Origin: Octopus vulgaris | Taxonomy: Eukaryota | Length of the DNA: 64,000 nucleotides | Direction: 5' to 3' | NCBI GenBank assembly: GCA_951406725.2 | Contig: OX597816.1 | Coordinates: forward strand, 163,308,001-163,372,000 | Program-made: the position numbers and the translations under genes | Part shown: positions 28,191 through 43,639 of the stretch, in pieces | Layout: each line of letters opens with the position of its first letter | Numbering within the stretch: the first letter of the stretch is position 1 | The notes under the pieces: model-generated | Databases searched by the model: none | What the model saw: only the letters and a program-made list of their open reading frames with translations | Told to the model about the DNA's origin: nothing

Positions 28191-28250
28191 CTCACTACAG
28201 CTGTTTCAGACGTTTTACATCAGGCAGGAAAACCGTTTTCATCAAGTGAG
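28191..28250 (-). ncRNA. Minimal type I hammerhead motif (C3 changed to U) in Penelope-like segment
   Basis: Minus: CTCAC-TTGATGA-AAACG-loop-CGTCT-GAAA-CAGCTG-TA-GTGAG; 5-bp stem I, palindromic stem III CAGCTG, GUA site. Confidence 0.65.
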
Positions 28251-28509
28251 TACGGGTAAGAATTGACAGTTAGAACACCTCAAGAACAAATACATAGTGC
28301 GTCGCAGATGTGTAGTGGTTTTTGACTCAAATTCGATCAGAAATGACTCGCTGAAAAAAGTCGTTGTGTATTTAGTCAGTCACTTAACTTGAGAACAAAT
28401 CTGTGTTTACTTTAGCGAGTACGTGTTTGTCGTTATACATTGTTTGTACACAGTGACGCTATCACCGACCCAACATTAGTGCTTGAATCCTGGAAATATT
28501 TTATATATT

Positions 28510-28573
<64 letters not shown>

Positions 28574-28613
28574 ATTATCTATCTATTTATCAATCTATCA
28601 ATCAATCTACCTC

Positions 28614-28669
<56 letters not shown>

Positions 28670-28677
28670 CCTACCTG

Positions 28678-28709
<32 letters not shown>

Positions 28710-30864
28710 CCTACCTGTCTTTCAATCTAGCTATCTATCTAATTATCTATCTAGCTACCTACCTATCTCTCTATATATATCTATTTATCTATCTATCCGC
28801 CTATCTACCTATATGTGTATGTATGTTTGTATTTGTGTGTGTGTGTATACATACATATATACATATATACATTCGTATATAGATATAGATTTATGTGTGT
28901 ATGTGTGTATAGACGTTACATTATATAGAGATCTATATAAATACACATAGATACATGTATGCGTGTAGGTGTGTATATGTGTTATAGTAACCTGTCTGGT
29001 ATTATAAGTATTTAAGCAAGTCATGACGGGCCACAGAAAATTACGTATAAGGCATCAACCAGGTTAGATCATCATGAAAATCTTAGCCAGTAATACATGT
29101 GATCGTCACACCACTTAGTCATGACTGAAGAATATGTTAATCTCTTACTTAGTGCAAATAGTGAGAGCTCTGGATAGTTTTATTGATCTGCCATTATTTC
29201 GCAAAGCCCGTCATTAATATACCTTAGTTTCTATACCGTCAAGATGGCGAATATATTAGGACATCACGCTGAGATATTTATTTCAATATTATCACAGCGT
29301 GAGAACCACATCTACTCAAGTCAATAGGGTGTAGAACTCTCAGCAAAATGGGGTAAAAATAAATACTTAACTTGCCAAAGGCCACGTAGCAGTGAATAAT
29401 TACGACAGATGGTGGAGATCAATTCTATAATGAGGGAACAGCACTGTAAAACAGCATTATGTATTGTTAGCTTACAATTTAGGGTTCAGATCACCCTGAG
29501 GGTATAGATTTGCACGAGAACGACAGACTTTTTTTTCTACTTTTTTGCTATGCAAACATGAACTTAATGTATAGCATCGAAACGATCGCCATCACTGGTT
29601 ATACGATTCGTCTGATACAACGTTATTTTATTATTATTTATAGTCAGAAACACATGGATATAGATTCCTCGTAGAAATGCTAGTAGTATTTAGTTAAGGT
29701 ATTTATAATCATTACAATTATGGATGCGTTGAAAATCAAAATGGCTTCCAGCTTTCTCTTATGAATTTTTACATGAATGCTCCTAATTTTTCTGTGATTA
29801 AATTTCTTTTCATGAATAAATAAGAGAAATAGGATTTATTTTCTCAAGATGTTTTCCTAAGACGAGATTTAGATGTTCTTTGGAAGCGGTTGAAATTTTT
29901 TTTTTTTTGTTTTTACAGCCAAATGAAACACTTGTAAACTATTCTACGGCATTTTTAAGGAAACTCAGTAAGTGAATAGTGCTTTTGTGAAAGTTATATC
30001 CATATTTAATTAAGAATTACTAGACATTTCCTCTTTAATGCTGGTACCATTTTAAAGCAATCTTCATTTCATAAATCGTATAATACGGTCATAAATTTAT
30101 GTGTTTGTAATAAATTAGTCCGGTTAAAGAGGAAGTTTGTCTGCCCATTAGAAGGACGGCAAAATTGGTATACCAAATAAGGATGCTTCTCTGCCGGAAT
30201 TAAGATATTAAGCTTTACTGTACCTATCATTTTACTGTCTTCTAAAATCGTTTTTATAACTACTAGTGTGATGTTTATAGCCTAGCCAGGTAAACTGATT
30301 TGATTCATAAATGTCTAGCATTTCAGCAGCGCTTATTTTTCATACTAAATTTTAATTTGAAGTATACCTAAAGGTCTTCATCGTCACCAATTTGTAGTTT
30401 AAATGAATTTACTAGATACCTGAGACAGGCTTGTTTCATATCTAAATAACCTCGCAGTGGACAGTAAAAACGGAGACTGGTGAGTGATGCGGTTTTAAGT
30501 ATTCAAATACTTTCATCAGGAATTTCTTCCTCTTCAACAGTGGTTCCAATAAATGTTTTGTCTATGAATCCTTTTTATTCTTTATTATACTCTACTGGAT
30601 CCTCGAAGCCATTCAATATTTTTAAATATGGACTAATTATATTTTTATAATTAAATATTACTAGAAAATTTTTTAAATATCAAAATATTTTGTGTTATAT
30701 AGAAATATAAATACTTTATTGTAGATAAATTTTAACAATTAAATCTTATATAAATCTCCAAGGGCCATATGGATCCCTGAAGAGAATCTTTGCTCTACAT
30801 TCTACTGCCATTACGAAATTGTAACATAATTGAATATTTATAACATTTTATCTTCGTGGAAATG

Positions 30865-31243
30865 ATTTCAAACTTTGGTACAAGGCCAGTAATTTCGGAA
30901 GAATAAAAGGTATAGACAACCTCGGCGAAATTTAAACTCTGAACGTAAAGACGGACAAAATACTGCTATACACTTTACTTGGCGAGCTAACGATTCTGCC
31001 AGCTCACTGACTTTCGTGGAAAGAAAATAACATTTTCTACTATAGGCACAAGGCTTGAAATTTTGGAAGAGGGGACTAGTCGATTACATGAACCCAGGAC
31101 GTAACTGGTACTTAATTTATCGACCCCGAAAGGATAAAAGGCAAAGTCGACATTGGCGAAATTTGAACTCAGAACGTAGCGACAGGCGAATTACCGATAA
31201 ACATTTCGTCAGGTGCGCTAACAATTTTGCCAGCCCGTCGCCT
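30865..31243 (-). mobile_element. SINE family A: degraded copy (30865-31010) and fuller copy (31031-31243)
   Basis: Family A reverse complement; TSD-like CTTTCGTRGAAAGAAAATA at 31011-31029 and 31242-31260. Confidence 0.8.
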
Positions 31244-31507
31244 TTCGTAGAAAGAAAATATTATGGGTGATGAAAGAAGTGGGAAATCCAGTCTAAATGG
31301 TTGGAACAATTCTCTTAATTGCCAGAAAAAATGGTGTTAAACCTGGACAGAGTGTTATTATAATGCTAAATTTTGTATTTCAGAAAGTGAGGGCTCGTCT
31401 CTAAATTACTGAAACAAAGTGATGTCTATTAAGGGTCAGATGGTGACCTTTAAATGGCCGCTGTGTTGAATCTACCGCCCGAGTTATCACCGTGAACAAT
31501 AGTGATT

Positions 31508-32060
31508 GTATCACGTGAGCAACCAGACCATCAGATGTTGTTATACATTGCTTGTCAGAATGCGCTCCACATCGTCTCAGCTTTCGGATGATGTCACCCC
31601 TCTGGCTAGGTGTGCCAGGCAATAATCCCTCGTCCCTGGTAGGAAGGCTAATCCGGTGTAGGGTGACCCCAGGCAATAATCCCTCGTCCCTGATAGGAAG
31701 GCTTATCCGGTGTAGGGTGACCCCAGGCAATAATCCCTCGTCCCTGATAGGAAGGCTAATCCGGTGTAGGGTGACCCCAGGCAATAATCCCTCGTCCCTG
31801 ATAGGAAGGCTAATCCGGTGTAGGGTGACCCCAGGCAATAATCCCTCGTCCCTGATAGGAAGGCTAATCCGGTGTAGGGTGACCCCAGGCAATAATCCCT
31901 CGTCCCTGATAGGAAGGCTAATCCGGTGTAGGGTGACCCCTTTGCAGCTAAGTGGGCTGGAGCAACAAGAGCACAACGTGCCACTCGATCCGGAAATCGA
32001 AACCACGATCTCACGATCATGGATGCAACACCCCGACCACAAGACCACACGTCTTCACTT
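31508..32060 (-). mobile_element. tRNA-derived SINE (family C-related head) containing a minisatellite
   Basis: Minus head TGGTCTTGTGG..GGTTTCGATTTCC (A/B boxes); body interrupted by six 54-bp repeats. Confidence 0.65.
31615..31938. repeat. Minisatellite, exactly 6 x 54 bp
   Basis: Unit CCAGGCAATAATCCCTCGTCCCTGATAGGAAGGCTAATCCGGTGTAGGGTGACC; two substitutions in total. Confidence 0.97.
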
Positions 32061-32237
32061 GAATAATTGTCTTATATAAGTCCCAATGATAGATTAAATG
32101 GATTACGAATAGCTGTTACTTCGGAGAGGATTATCATTACGATTAAGAGGACTCAAATGGTAAATTATTCATCACAGAATTCGTTCAGACATATAATGCA
32201 CAAACACACTTTCTTTGAAAATATGTTAGAACTCAAA

Positions 32238-32882
32238 GGCGGCGAGCTGGCAGAAACGTTAGCCCACCTGGGGGAAATTTTTAGCGGTATTTCGTCTGCC
32301 GTTACGTTCTGAGTTCGAATTCCGCCGAGGTCGACTTTGCCTTTCATCCTTTCGGGGTCGATAAATTAAATACCAGTTGTGTACTAGGGTCGATCTAATC
32401 GACTGGAGCCCCTCCCCAAACATTTCACGCCTTGTGCCTAGAGTAGAGAAGAATATTTTCCCGCCGAGGTCGACTTTGTCTTTCATCTTTTAGGGGTCGA
32501 TAAATTAAGTACCAGTTGCGTACTGGGGTTGATCTAAACGACTGGACCCCTTCCCCAAAAAATTTCGCCAAAATTTCGAGCCTTGTGTCTAGAGTAGAAA
32601 AGAATATTTTTCTGCTGAAGTCGACTTTGCCTTTCATCCTTTCGGGGTCGATAAATTATGTACCATTTGCGTACTGGGGTCGATCTAATCGACTGGACCC
32701 CTTCCGCAAAAATTTCACGCTTTGCGCCTAGAGTAGAAAAGAATATTTTTCCGCTGAGGTCGACTTTGCCTTTCATCCTTTCGGGTCGATAAATTAAGTA
32801 CCAGTTGCGTACTGGGGTCGATCTAATCGACTGGTCCCATCCCCCAAAATTCCAGCCCTTGTACCTAAAGTAGAAAAGAATA
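32238..32882 (+). mobile_element. SINE family A with its ~140-bp 3' module tandemly repeated four times
   Basis: Units start CCGCCGAGGTCGACTTTG at ~32322, 32461, 32612 and 32751. Confidence 0.9.
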
Positions 32883-32905
32883 ATTCACTAAAAGCAATTG
32901 CTACA

Positions 32906-33579
32906 CAGTGGTTCCCAAGCGGTGTCCACATGGTCATTGGATGTCTATATGAATTCTTATCGTTAAAGTTTACGTGGAGTAGACTTGTTATACATATATA
33001 TTATACAAGATATTTTAACGTAGGTGCAGGAGTGGCTGTGTAGTAAGAAGCTTGCTTCCCAACCACCTGGTTCCGGGTTCAGTCCTACTGCGTGGCACTT
33101 GGGCAAGTATTTTCAACTATAGCCACGGGCCGACCAATGTCTTGTGAGTGGATTTGGTAGATGGAAACTGAAAGAAGCCTATCGTATATGTGTGTGTGTG
33201 TGTGTGTGTATGTCTGTGTTTGTCCCCCTCCCCCACCATCGCTTGACAACCAATGTTGGTGTGTTTACGCGGTTCAGAAAAAGAGAGCGATGGAATAAGC
33301 ACTAGGCTTTCAATGAATAAGTGTTGGGGCCGATTTGTTCGACTAAAGTCGATGCTCCAGCATGGCCTTAGTCAAATAACTGAAACAAGTAAAAGAATAA
33401 AAGTTCCTTTTGTTTTTGGTTTTTTTTTGCAATTTCCATTAATATTTAATCATGAAAATATCATAGGAATTTTTAAATATTGAATGAGCGGTTATGAGGG
33501 TTCTACCGAAAAAATAGAAATCAAAGAAATCATAGGTAAAAATAGAAATCATAGGTAACAAAAAAATTGAGAATCATTG
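32906..33579. mobile_element. Possible old hAT/Charlie-type MITE with SINE B (33023-33401) nested inside
   Basis: CAGTGGTTCCCAA ... TTGAGAATCATTG imperfect TIRs; TSD not recognisable. Confidence 0.4.
33023..33401 (+). mobile_element. SINE family B
   Basis: Head, TG tract and tail present. Confidence 0.88.
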
Positions 33580-34496
33580 CTCTGATATGTTGGAATTTTT
33601 CTCAGAAAATTTCCTCAAACGAAATATTAACTGTTTTTAAATTATACTGATAAGGAGGATCAAACAAATGAAAAAACAGTTAGGTTGTAGGAAGGAAAAC
33701 AAAGTGACACCTGTAGGCAATCCAGCTCAACACTATATCACCACCATCACGGTCTGAAAAATCTTTACTCAATATATTGAACTGTACTTTAAAGCACTCC
33801 ACCCGTTACTGTATTTCTTTCATTCATTCCTTCTTTTCTTCTTTCTTTCTTTCTTTCTTTTTTTCTTTCTTTCTTTCTTTCTTTCGCTCCCTCCTTCCCT
33901 CTCTCATTGTATATATGCATAGATATATGCGTTAGCGTGGATATACTTACATAGTGTATCAATGGGAGGGGACTACACTCACCAACATTTATACATACGT
34001 GTGTGTGCGCCCGCGCGTGTATGTGTGTACGCATATACGTAGGCCCATGTGTGTGTGTATACTCCAGATGTCTCGTGAAAAGGCATATTACATTACCTCA
34101 ATGTTTTAATGCCACCTAATTATAGATCACACAATACGTGTATATACATGTTTAGTATATAATATATATATATATATACACATACAATATACTTGTATAC
34201 ATTCATACATACATACATATATACATACATTCATACACACATACAATATACTTGTATACATACATGCATACATAGATACAAACATACATACACACATACA
34301 TACATATATATACATACATAGATATATACATACACACACACATACAACATACTTGTATACATACATACATATATACATACATGCATACATACAAACATAC
34401 ATACATACATACATACATACATACATACATACATACATACATACACACATACAATATACTTGTATACATACATACATACATACATATATACATACA

Positions 34497-34529
<33 letters not shown>

Positions 34530-34737
34530 GTATGCATACATACATACACACATACATACATATATACATACATACATATATACATACGTACGAGTATAGG
34601 CTTCTCCCTATGAAATATCGTATGGTTACAGCTGTTACAGTAACATCACACTTAAATGGGTTTCCTTAAGACATTTCTCGATAGTTTAGTTCAATATATC
34701 GAACGAGCAGCAGTATGACAACAACAACAACAATAAT

Positions 34738-34771
<34 letters not shown>

Positions 34772-34782
34772 GCAGCAGCAGT

Positions 34783-34905
34783 GAAGGCGCAATGGCCCAG
34801 TGGTTAGGGAAGCGGACTCGTGGTCGTAAGAACGCGGTTTCAATTCCCAGATCGAGCATTGTGAGTGTTTATTGAGCAAAAACACTAAAGCTTCACAAGG
34901 CTCCG
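34783..34905 (+). mobile_element. SINE family C, 5' part
   Basis: GGCGCAATGGCCCAGTGGTTAGG..GGTTTCAATTCCC. Confidence 0.8.
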
Positions 34906-34909
34906 ATCA

Positions 34910-35329
34910 AAACACAAAACATTGTATAAAGAGTTCAAGAAATAATTGATAAAATGTCCTGGCAAGTCAATCAGAGCTATTGCAAAGGACCTTAAGGTTT
35001 CAGAATACATTATCAGAAGAGCTGTGCATGAGGACATCCGGTACAAGTCATATGTGGTGCTGTGGGGCCAGTTTATGTCGTATGTAACTAGAGGGACTTG
35101 TTCGATCTGTATAAAGCACTTTACTCTTTTACTCTTTTACTTGTTTCAGTCATTTGACTGCGGCCATGCTGGAGCACAACTTTAGTCGAGCAAATCGACC
35201 CCGGGACTTATTCTTTGTAAGCTCAGTACTTATTCTATCGGTCTCTTTTTGCCGAACCGCTAAGTGACAGGGACGTAAACACACCAGCATCGGTTGTTAA
35301 ACAATGCTAGGGGGACAAACACACATACA

Positions 35330-35427
<98 letters not shown>

Positions 35428-36269
35428 TACGACAGGCTTCTTTCAGTTTCCGTCTACCAAATCCACTCACAAGGCATTGGTTGGCCCGGGGCTATAGCAG
35501 AAGACACTTGCCCAAGATGCCACGCAGTGTGACTGAACCCGGAACCATGTGGTTGGTTAGCAAGCTACTTACCACACAGCCACTCCTGCGCCTAAACAAG
35601 TTAAAACAATAAGCTGGAATGCTTTTGTTTTTCTCAGATGAGAAGAACTTCGATCAGGACCAAAATGTAAACCGAGAGAATGACAGATTGTTATGCAGGG
35701 ACCCGAATTAGATCCTAACACATATCCATACTATGTTCCCAACAACTGTGATCTTTCTCCGAGTCGTCGACAACGAGGGAAATGTCACGCTTCCTCACTT
35801 TTTTTTTTCACAAGGCTTCAGAGTCCACACAGAGGTGTCGGAGAATGCTGTTAGGACTTGGATAAACAGAGTAAGCAACGAATGACTTCCCACATGACTC
35901 TGCGCCGTCTCATAAAACTATGACAAACCAAGCGTGGACGTTGCCATTCTCCATGATGATGGCCTCCTAATCCACCAGATCTCAGTCCTTTAGACTGTTA
36001 CGTATCGGACGTAGTTGAGAGAGGTCAATCAACACTTTCGTAACACTATGCAATCTCTCAAGTTCGCTATAACAAGCACAAAATTAATAACGATCATCTG
36101 TCAACGCTTCCATCCCCGTATTGATATGGTGGTTGATGTTCATGGTGGATTCATTGAATAGGTGTGATAAAAGGATTGTTAAGATTATTTTTGCTAATCT
36201 GTTTGCAAATGCAGCTCTGCGTCTTTTTCTAAATTCATACAAATGACCTCAAAAGACTGCCGCACCCTG
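34910..36269 (+). mobile_element. Degenerate Tc1/mariner transposon (DD37D/maT-like), interrupted by SINE B
   Basis: HTH-like PGKSIRAIAKDLKVSEYIIRRAVHEDIRYKSY; FSDEKNFDQD, DSAPSHK, WPPNPPDLSPLD (third catalytic residue D); right end ..GCCGCACCCTG|TA. Confidence 0.8.
35119..35592 (-). mobile_element. SINE family B, full length with expanded internal (CA)n(TA)n
   Basis: Reverse complement of family B. Confidence 0.9.
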
Positions 36270-36546
36270 TATATTCAAGAAAATGTAGTCCTAGGTAATC
36301 CTAGACAAAAATGAATTGCTCATGGATATTGCATTCTTGCGTTAGATTAGTTGATGTTAAGGAATAATAAAGCTACAGAAAATAGAAATGCAATTGTATA
36401 GCATTGACAACGCTTCAGGTAATCTACGGCACCAAAATACCTATAAATAGGAATCTATTGAAATCTTATCGAGAAAAAGACGAGTAACAAAAATATTTCA
36501 AAATCGCAACAACAAACCGTAATAAAATCACAAAGCAGCAATTATT

Positions 36547-37665
<1,119 letters not shown>

Positions 37666-38156
37666 TCGTCAAGAAAACCGATGAATCAGTGTTTTTTTGA
37701 AAACAGCTAGTTGTGTGATATGTGTTCCTCTCTCTGTACGAAATGCTCTCCTAGTGCGAACCCTATCATAATCACAGAGAACCAATGCATGGCTTAGTAG
37801 TTAGTGCATTCGGCTCGCAACTGTAAGATAGTGAGTTCCATTCCCGGTGTTGAGCCGTGTCCTTGCTTTAGTCCACACTCCTAGTAAAACTTAGTTGTAC
37901 CTTAAATTAAAAAGTGCCAGCATTTTCCCGCTCTGTGTCACGCTCGATCTTCTGAGAACTACATTAAGAGCACGAGTGTCTGTCTCTTACACGAGTGCTC
38001 AGTCACTTGCACGTTGATTTCAGGATCACGCTGTTCTATTGATGATCGAATCACCTGGAACATTCTTTTTAATAATCGACGGGGTGGTCAGGTAAAGAGA
38101 GCCAGCAATTGACCTGTTACAGACAACTGTGTAATTGTTTACAGAATACTGTTTAA

Positions 38157-38376
38157 CCCTTTAGTGTTTAAACCGGCCATACCAGGCCAAAATTGTCTTC
38201 CAGTTATATGCTCAAACCAGCCAGCTCTGACTTCTCACACCTACCCTGCAAAGTCATTCTAAAAATAAACAGGGACATCATCAAAACCTCAGAGTTACAA
38301 GATGCTGTACAATTAATTTAAAACAATGTGAATAAATAAGTATTACATTTGACAGAGTAATCTGAATGCTAAAGGG
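38157..38376. mobile_element. piggyBac-type MITE (TTAA TSD)
   Basis: TTAA|CCCTTTAG ... CTAAAGGG|TTAA; 220 bp, non-coding. Confidence 0.8.
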
Positions 38377-38555
38377 TTAAGAAAGAATAAGTAAATATTT
38401 GACGAACACAAAAAATAAAAACAGAATGGCATTTACGTTGTGTGTCAGAGAGCGTTAAGAGTCAAATCTAGCCAAGATCTCAAATAATTACTTCAATTAC
38501 CAGCAAGAATATAATTGCCATTCCATATGAAATAACCATGACCAGAAGTGTAACT

Positions 38556-38783
38556 TGTTTCTTTACTACCCACAAGGAGCTACACACAGAGGGGACAAAC
38601 AAGGACAGGCAAACGGATTAAGTCGATTATATCGACCCCAGTGCGTAACTGGTGCTTAATTTATCTACCCCGAAAGGATAAAAGGCAAAGTCGACCTCGG
38701 CGGAATTTGAACTCAGAACGTAACTGCAGACGAAATACGGCTACGCATTTCGCCCGGCGTGCTAACGTTTCTGCCAGCTCGCC
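38556..38783 (-). mobile_element. SINE family A, full length
   Basis: TSD AGAAGTGTAACT at 38544-38555 and 38784-38795. Confidence 0.9.
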
Positions 38784-39118
38784 AGAAGTGTAACTGTCAC
38801 GCATTGAGATTTTTATGTACAAAAACTGAAAACAATGATTCTGCTTTTCAAAAAGCTTACGTCGTTGATTTTAGGTGCTCTTCTCTATACAGTAGTTTTT
38901 TTTTTATTATTATTATGATGATGATGATGAGGTGGTGTTGGAGGAGGAAGTGGGGGAGGATGACGACGATGATGACCACGACGAAACTGTTATTGTCATT
39001 CTGTTATCTCATATGTGGCTGGTTTCATTCCCTTACCACTTTTCCTAAGTGGCTATCGATAATTTTACTCCAATTTCAACATCCTTTCCCACGCTCCTCT
39101 TACACTTTTCGACTGGTT

Positions 39119-39152
<34 letters not shown>

Positions 39153-39164
39153 AATACACACACG

Positions 39165-39205
<41 letters not shown>

Positions 39206-39223
39206 TTCATATATATACGTATA

Positions 39224-39277
<54 letters not shown>

Positions 39278-39433
39278 TATATGTATGCATGTACATATGT
39301 ATACATATATATGTGTGTATTTTCTTTTATATACACTTGTAAACATAAAGATTATTCGCCTTTCTTTTTTTACACGCTTCTTGTAATAACAAGTAATAAT
39401 AACAATAATATTCATACTACTACTACTACTACA

Positions 39434-39538
<105 letters not shown>

Positions 39539-39680
39539 AATAATAATAATAATAATAATAAAACGACAATAATAATAGCTCTATCCATATAGTGATGATA
39601 GAGGACATATTTAAATAAACAAGGATCACCGTGTTGTTCCTGAATGCGTGTTTTTGTACACACACGTGAATGCATGTATG

Positions 39681-39726
<46 letters not shown>

Positions 39727-39728
<2 letters not shown>

Positions 39729-39810
39729 ACATATTTGTCTGCTTGTTTACATTTACAGTATATATATATATATATATACTGTAAATGTAAACAAGCAGGC
39801 AAATATGTCC
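39727..39810. repeat. Near-perfect palindrome centred on (TA)10
   Basis: GGACATATTTGTCTGCTTGTTTACATTTACAG-(TA)n-CTGTAAATGTAAACAAGCAGGCAAATATGTCC; one T-G wobble; flanking (AT)n extends it. Confidence 0.95.
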
Positions 39811-39811
39811 A

Positions 39812-39851
<40 letters not shown>

Positions 39852-40223
39852 CATATATATATATATATATATACATACATGCATAAATACATATATACAT
39901 ATATGTATGTTTATATATATATATATATTTTGTTCTTCTTATTTTATTTGTACAACCCAAATATTTAGTCTATCGATTTATATTAACATGCATACATACG
40001 TACATAGATATATATATATTTTTTGTTTTTGTATGTAGACACACGCACACCCACACACATACATACACACACGCACAGACACAGACGTGCACACATTCAT
40101 ACATATTTTTTTTAATAATTTTTCAACTATTTCTCCTGTCACTCTTTACTTGACGTTGTTTACATTATTATCTTATTTTTATTATTATTATTAATATTAT
40201 TATCATCATTATTATTATTATTA

Positions 40224-40342
<119 letters not shown>

Positions 40343-40624
40343 TTTGTTTTAACATTTACATTTCTCAACTCGTCTTCCTTTCATAATGCTTCACTCAATC
40401 AACATCGTTTATCGATTATCTAAAGTCTGCAATAAATAAATAAATAAATAAATAAAATAGGAAATAAATGAAAATAGAAAGTAAATACAAACCAATAACA
40501 ATAAAATAAAATAAAGAGGAGCAATAAAGAAAAAAAGGCAAAGAAAATGAGTGATAACAACAAAAACATAACATTTGAGAAAAAATCTATATCATAAACG
40601 GAAAGAAACCACAATAATAATAAC

Positions 40625-40683
<59 letters not shown>

Positions 40684-40790
40684 CAACAATAATAATAATA
40701 ATAATAATAATGATAATAATAATAATAATAATGATGATGATGATGATGATGATGATGATCTTTTTTTACAATAATAATAATAATAATAAC

Positions 40791-40868
<78 letters not shown>

Positions 40869-40899
40869 CTTTTTTTACAATAATAATAATAATAATAAC

Positions 40900-41000
<101 letters not shown>

Positions 41001-41109
41001 TAATAATAATGATAATAACAACAGCGGCAATATCATCGTTATCATCATCATAACCATCATCATTAGAATTGTTATTATTATTGATGTTGCCTTTGTGTTG
41101 TTGTTGTTG

Positions 41110-41173
<64 letters not shown>

Positions 41174-41299
41174 CATTATTACTATTCTTATAAATATAAC
41201 AATCATATTAGCGAAATAAATCAGAATAAAGTAATATTAATAATAAGAACATTATGACATTGATACTAATTATATAAAATCACTGATATCAATAATCGT

Positions 41300-41636
41300 G
41301 GCACTCCGTCGGTTGCGACGTCGAGGGTTCCAGTTGATACGATCAACGGAACAGCCTGCACGTGAAATTAACGTGCAACTGGCTAAGCACTCCACAGACA
41401 CGTGTACCCTTAACGTAGACCTCAGGGGAGATTCAGTGTGATACAGAGTGTGACAATGCTGACCCTTTAAAATACAGGCACAACAGAAACAGGAATAAAG
41501 AGTGAGAGAAAGTTGTGATGAAAGAGCATAGCAGGGTTCGCCACCAGCCCCTTGCCGGAGCTTCGTGGAACTTTAGGTGTTTTCGCTCAATAAACTCTCA
41601 CATCGCCCGGTCTGGGAATCGAAACCGCGAGTCCGC
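41300..41636 (-). mobile_element. SINE family C, slightly 5'-truncated
   Basis: Matches 10286-10642. Confidence 0.88.
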
Positions 41637-41693
41637 TTGATGATGATGGTGATAATAATAATAATAATAATAATGATAATAATGATAATAATA

Positions 41694-41768
<75 letters not shown>

Positions 41769-41802
41769 TTAATAATAATAATGTTGTTGTTGTTGTTGTT
41801 GT

Positions 41803-41833
<31 letters not shown>

Positions 41834-41864
41834 GAAGAAGAAGAAGAAGAAGAAGAAGAAGAAT

Positions 41865-41919
<55 letters not shown>

Positions 41920-42317
41920 GAAGAAGAAGAAGAAGAAGAAGAAGAAGAAGAAGAAGAAGAAGAAGAAGAAGAAGAAGAAGAAGAAGAAGAAGAAGAAGAA
42001 GAAGAAGAAGAAGAAGAAAATATTATAAGACGGCGAACTTAGTAGGAAAAAAATATATCAAGGAAATTTAGCTGCATCAGACACATTCGATTCTGAAGTC
42101 TTGAAAAATGTTTTGAAAGAAAATAAAGAAGGAATAATATAAAGATATCAGGTGATACTGCAAGGGACAGAAAAAAATGTTTTGAAGGCATAAATACAAA
42201 TAAATGAAAAACGAAAGATAAATATAGTTATACATCAAATAGTAATGGAGGTGAGAAAAGATGCAAGCCAGGAAGAAAGCCATTGAACTTATGTATGTAT
42301 GTATGTTAAATGATGTG

Positions 42318-42358
<41 letters not shown>

Positions 42359-42803
42359 ATATGTATATATGTATATATGTATGTATGTATATATGTCTGT
42401 ATATATGTATACATGTAGGTACGTATGTATTACATATGCATGTATGCATGTACGTATGCATGTATATGTATGTATATATGTATATATACATGCATGTATG
42501 TATGTATGCCTGTATATAAATGTATGTGTCTTTGCATGTATATATGTGTGTGAGTGAGAGTATGTCTTCATATGCATATGTTTGTTTGTGTATGTATGTA
42601 TATGGATATGTATATATGTGTCTGTGTTACTAAGTATATTTAAAAACGCACACCTGTGTATAAACATCTGATCACATATAACTCATACGCACTTATATAT
42701 ATATAGTGTATATGTATATATAAGCATATATATAAGAATATAAGCATATATATATTTACTTACACAAATATTTATTATGTATATTTGTATACATGAATGC
42801 ATG

Positions 42804-42834
<31 letters not shown>

Positions 42835-43174
42835 GTATGTATGGATCTTTGCACGTATGCATGAGTACATGTATGTACGTATACATGATGGTTTCATGTG
42901 TCTGCCTTCGTATCTTACTACACATGTGCATGGTCCTATGTATAATGGATACATGGCTGTGCGTATGTGTTTTTGAAATATATTGACGTATGATTTTTTG
43001 TGGGTTTTTTTTTTGTTTTTTACTGCAGAAAGGTTTTACTGAAATGTCATCCATTCTTCAAAAACGTGACTAATAAGGATTTATCATGAGATACGAATTG
43101 ATGGACACATTATGCAACGCCATCTACAGGCCCGCACGCACATACTCACTCAGACACACAAACATATGTATATA

Positions 43175-43236
<62 letters not shown>

Positions 43237-43605
43237 TACATATAATGCACACACCCAAATATACATATGTATATACAATATATACACATATATCTGTTAT
43301 TCTTTTATCCTTTTACTAGTTTCAGTCTGTGGTCATGCTGGAGCACCACGCACACACATATACACACACACACGCATATATAAATGCATATACTTCCATT
43401 TAAGTATGTGTTATAGGTTTTAATGCGTGTTCGAAGAGTTATAGATTTTCGTTGTTAATGTATTTTAATCTATTGAAGTTAATGTGTTTTAATCTGTTTT
43501 AATCAGCGTATCAAACACATAAAAACACCATTGCGCGGAAATACGTATATACATATATACACGCATGCATACATACATACATACATACATACATACATAC
43601 ATACA

Positions 43606-43637
<32 letters not shown>

Positions 43638-43639
<2 letters not shown>

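Noticed and set aside
30458-30479. Possible 22-nt micro-exon (cag|..CTG|gtgagt)
   Set aside because: Weak polypyrimidine tract and no partner exons; such sites occur by chance.
31615-31938. Possible CRISPR array or repeat-protein gene (ORFs 31401-32048, 31552-32079)
   Set aside because: Units are contiguous with no unique spacers, there are no cas genes, and the context is a eukaryotic SINE. The ORFs arise because 54 is divisible by 3.
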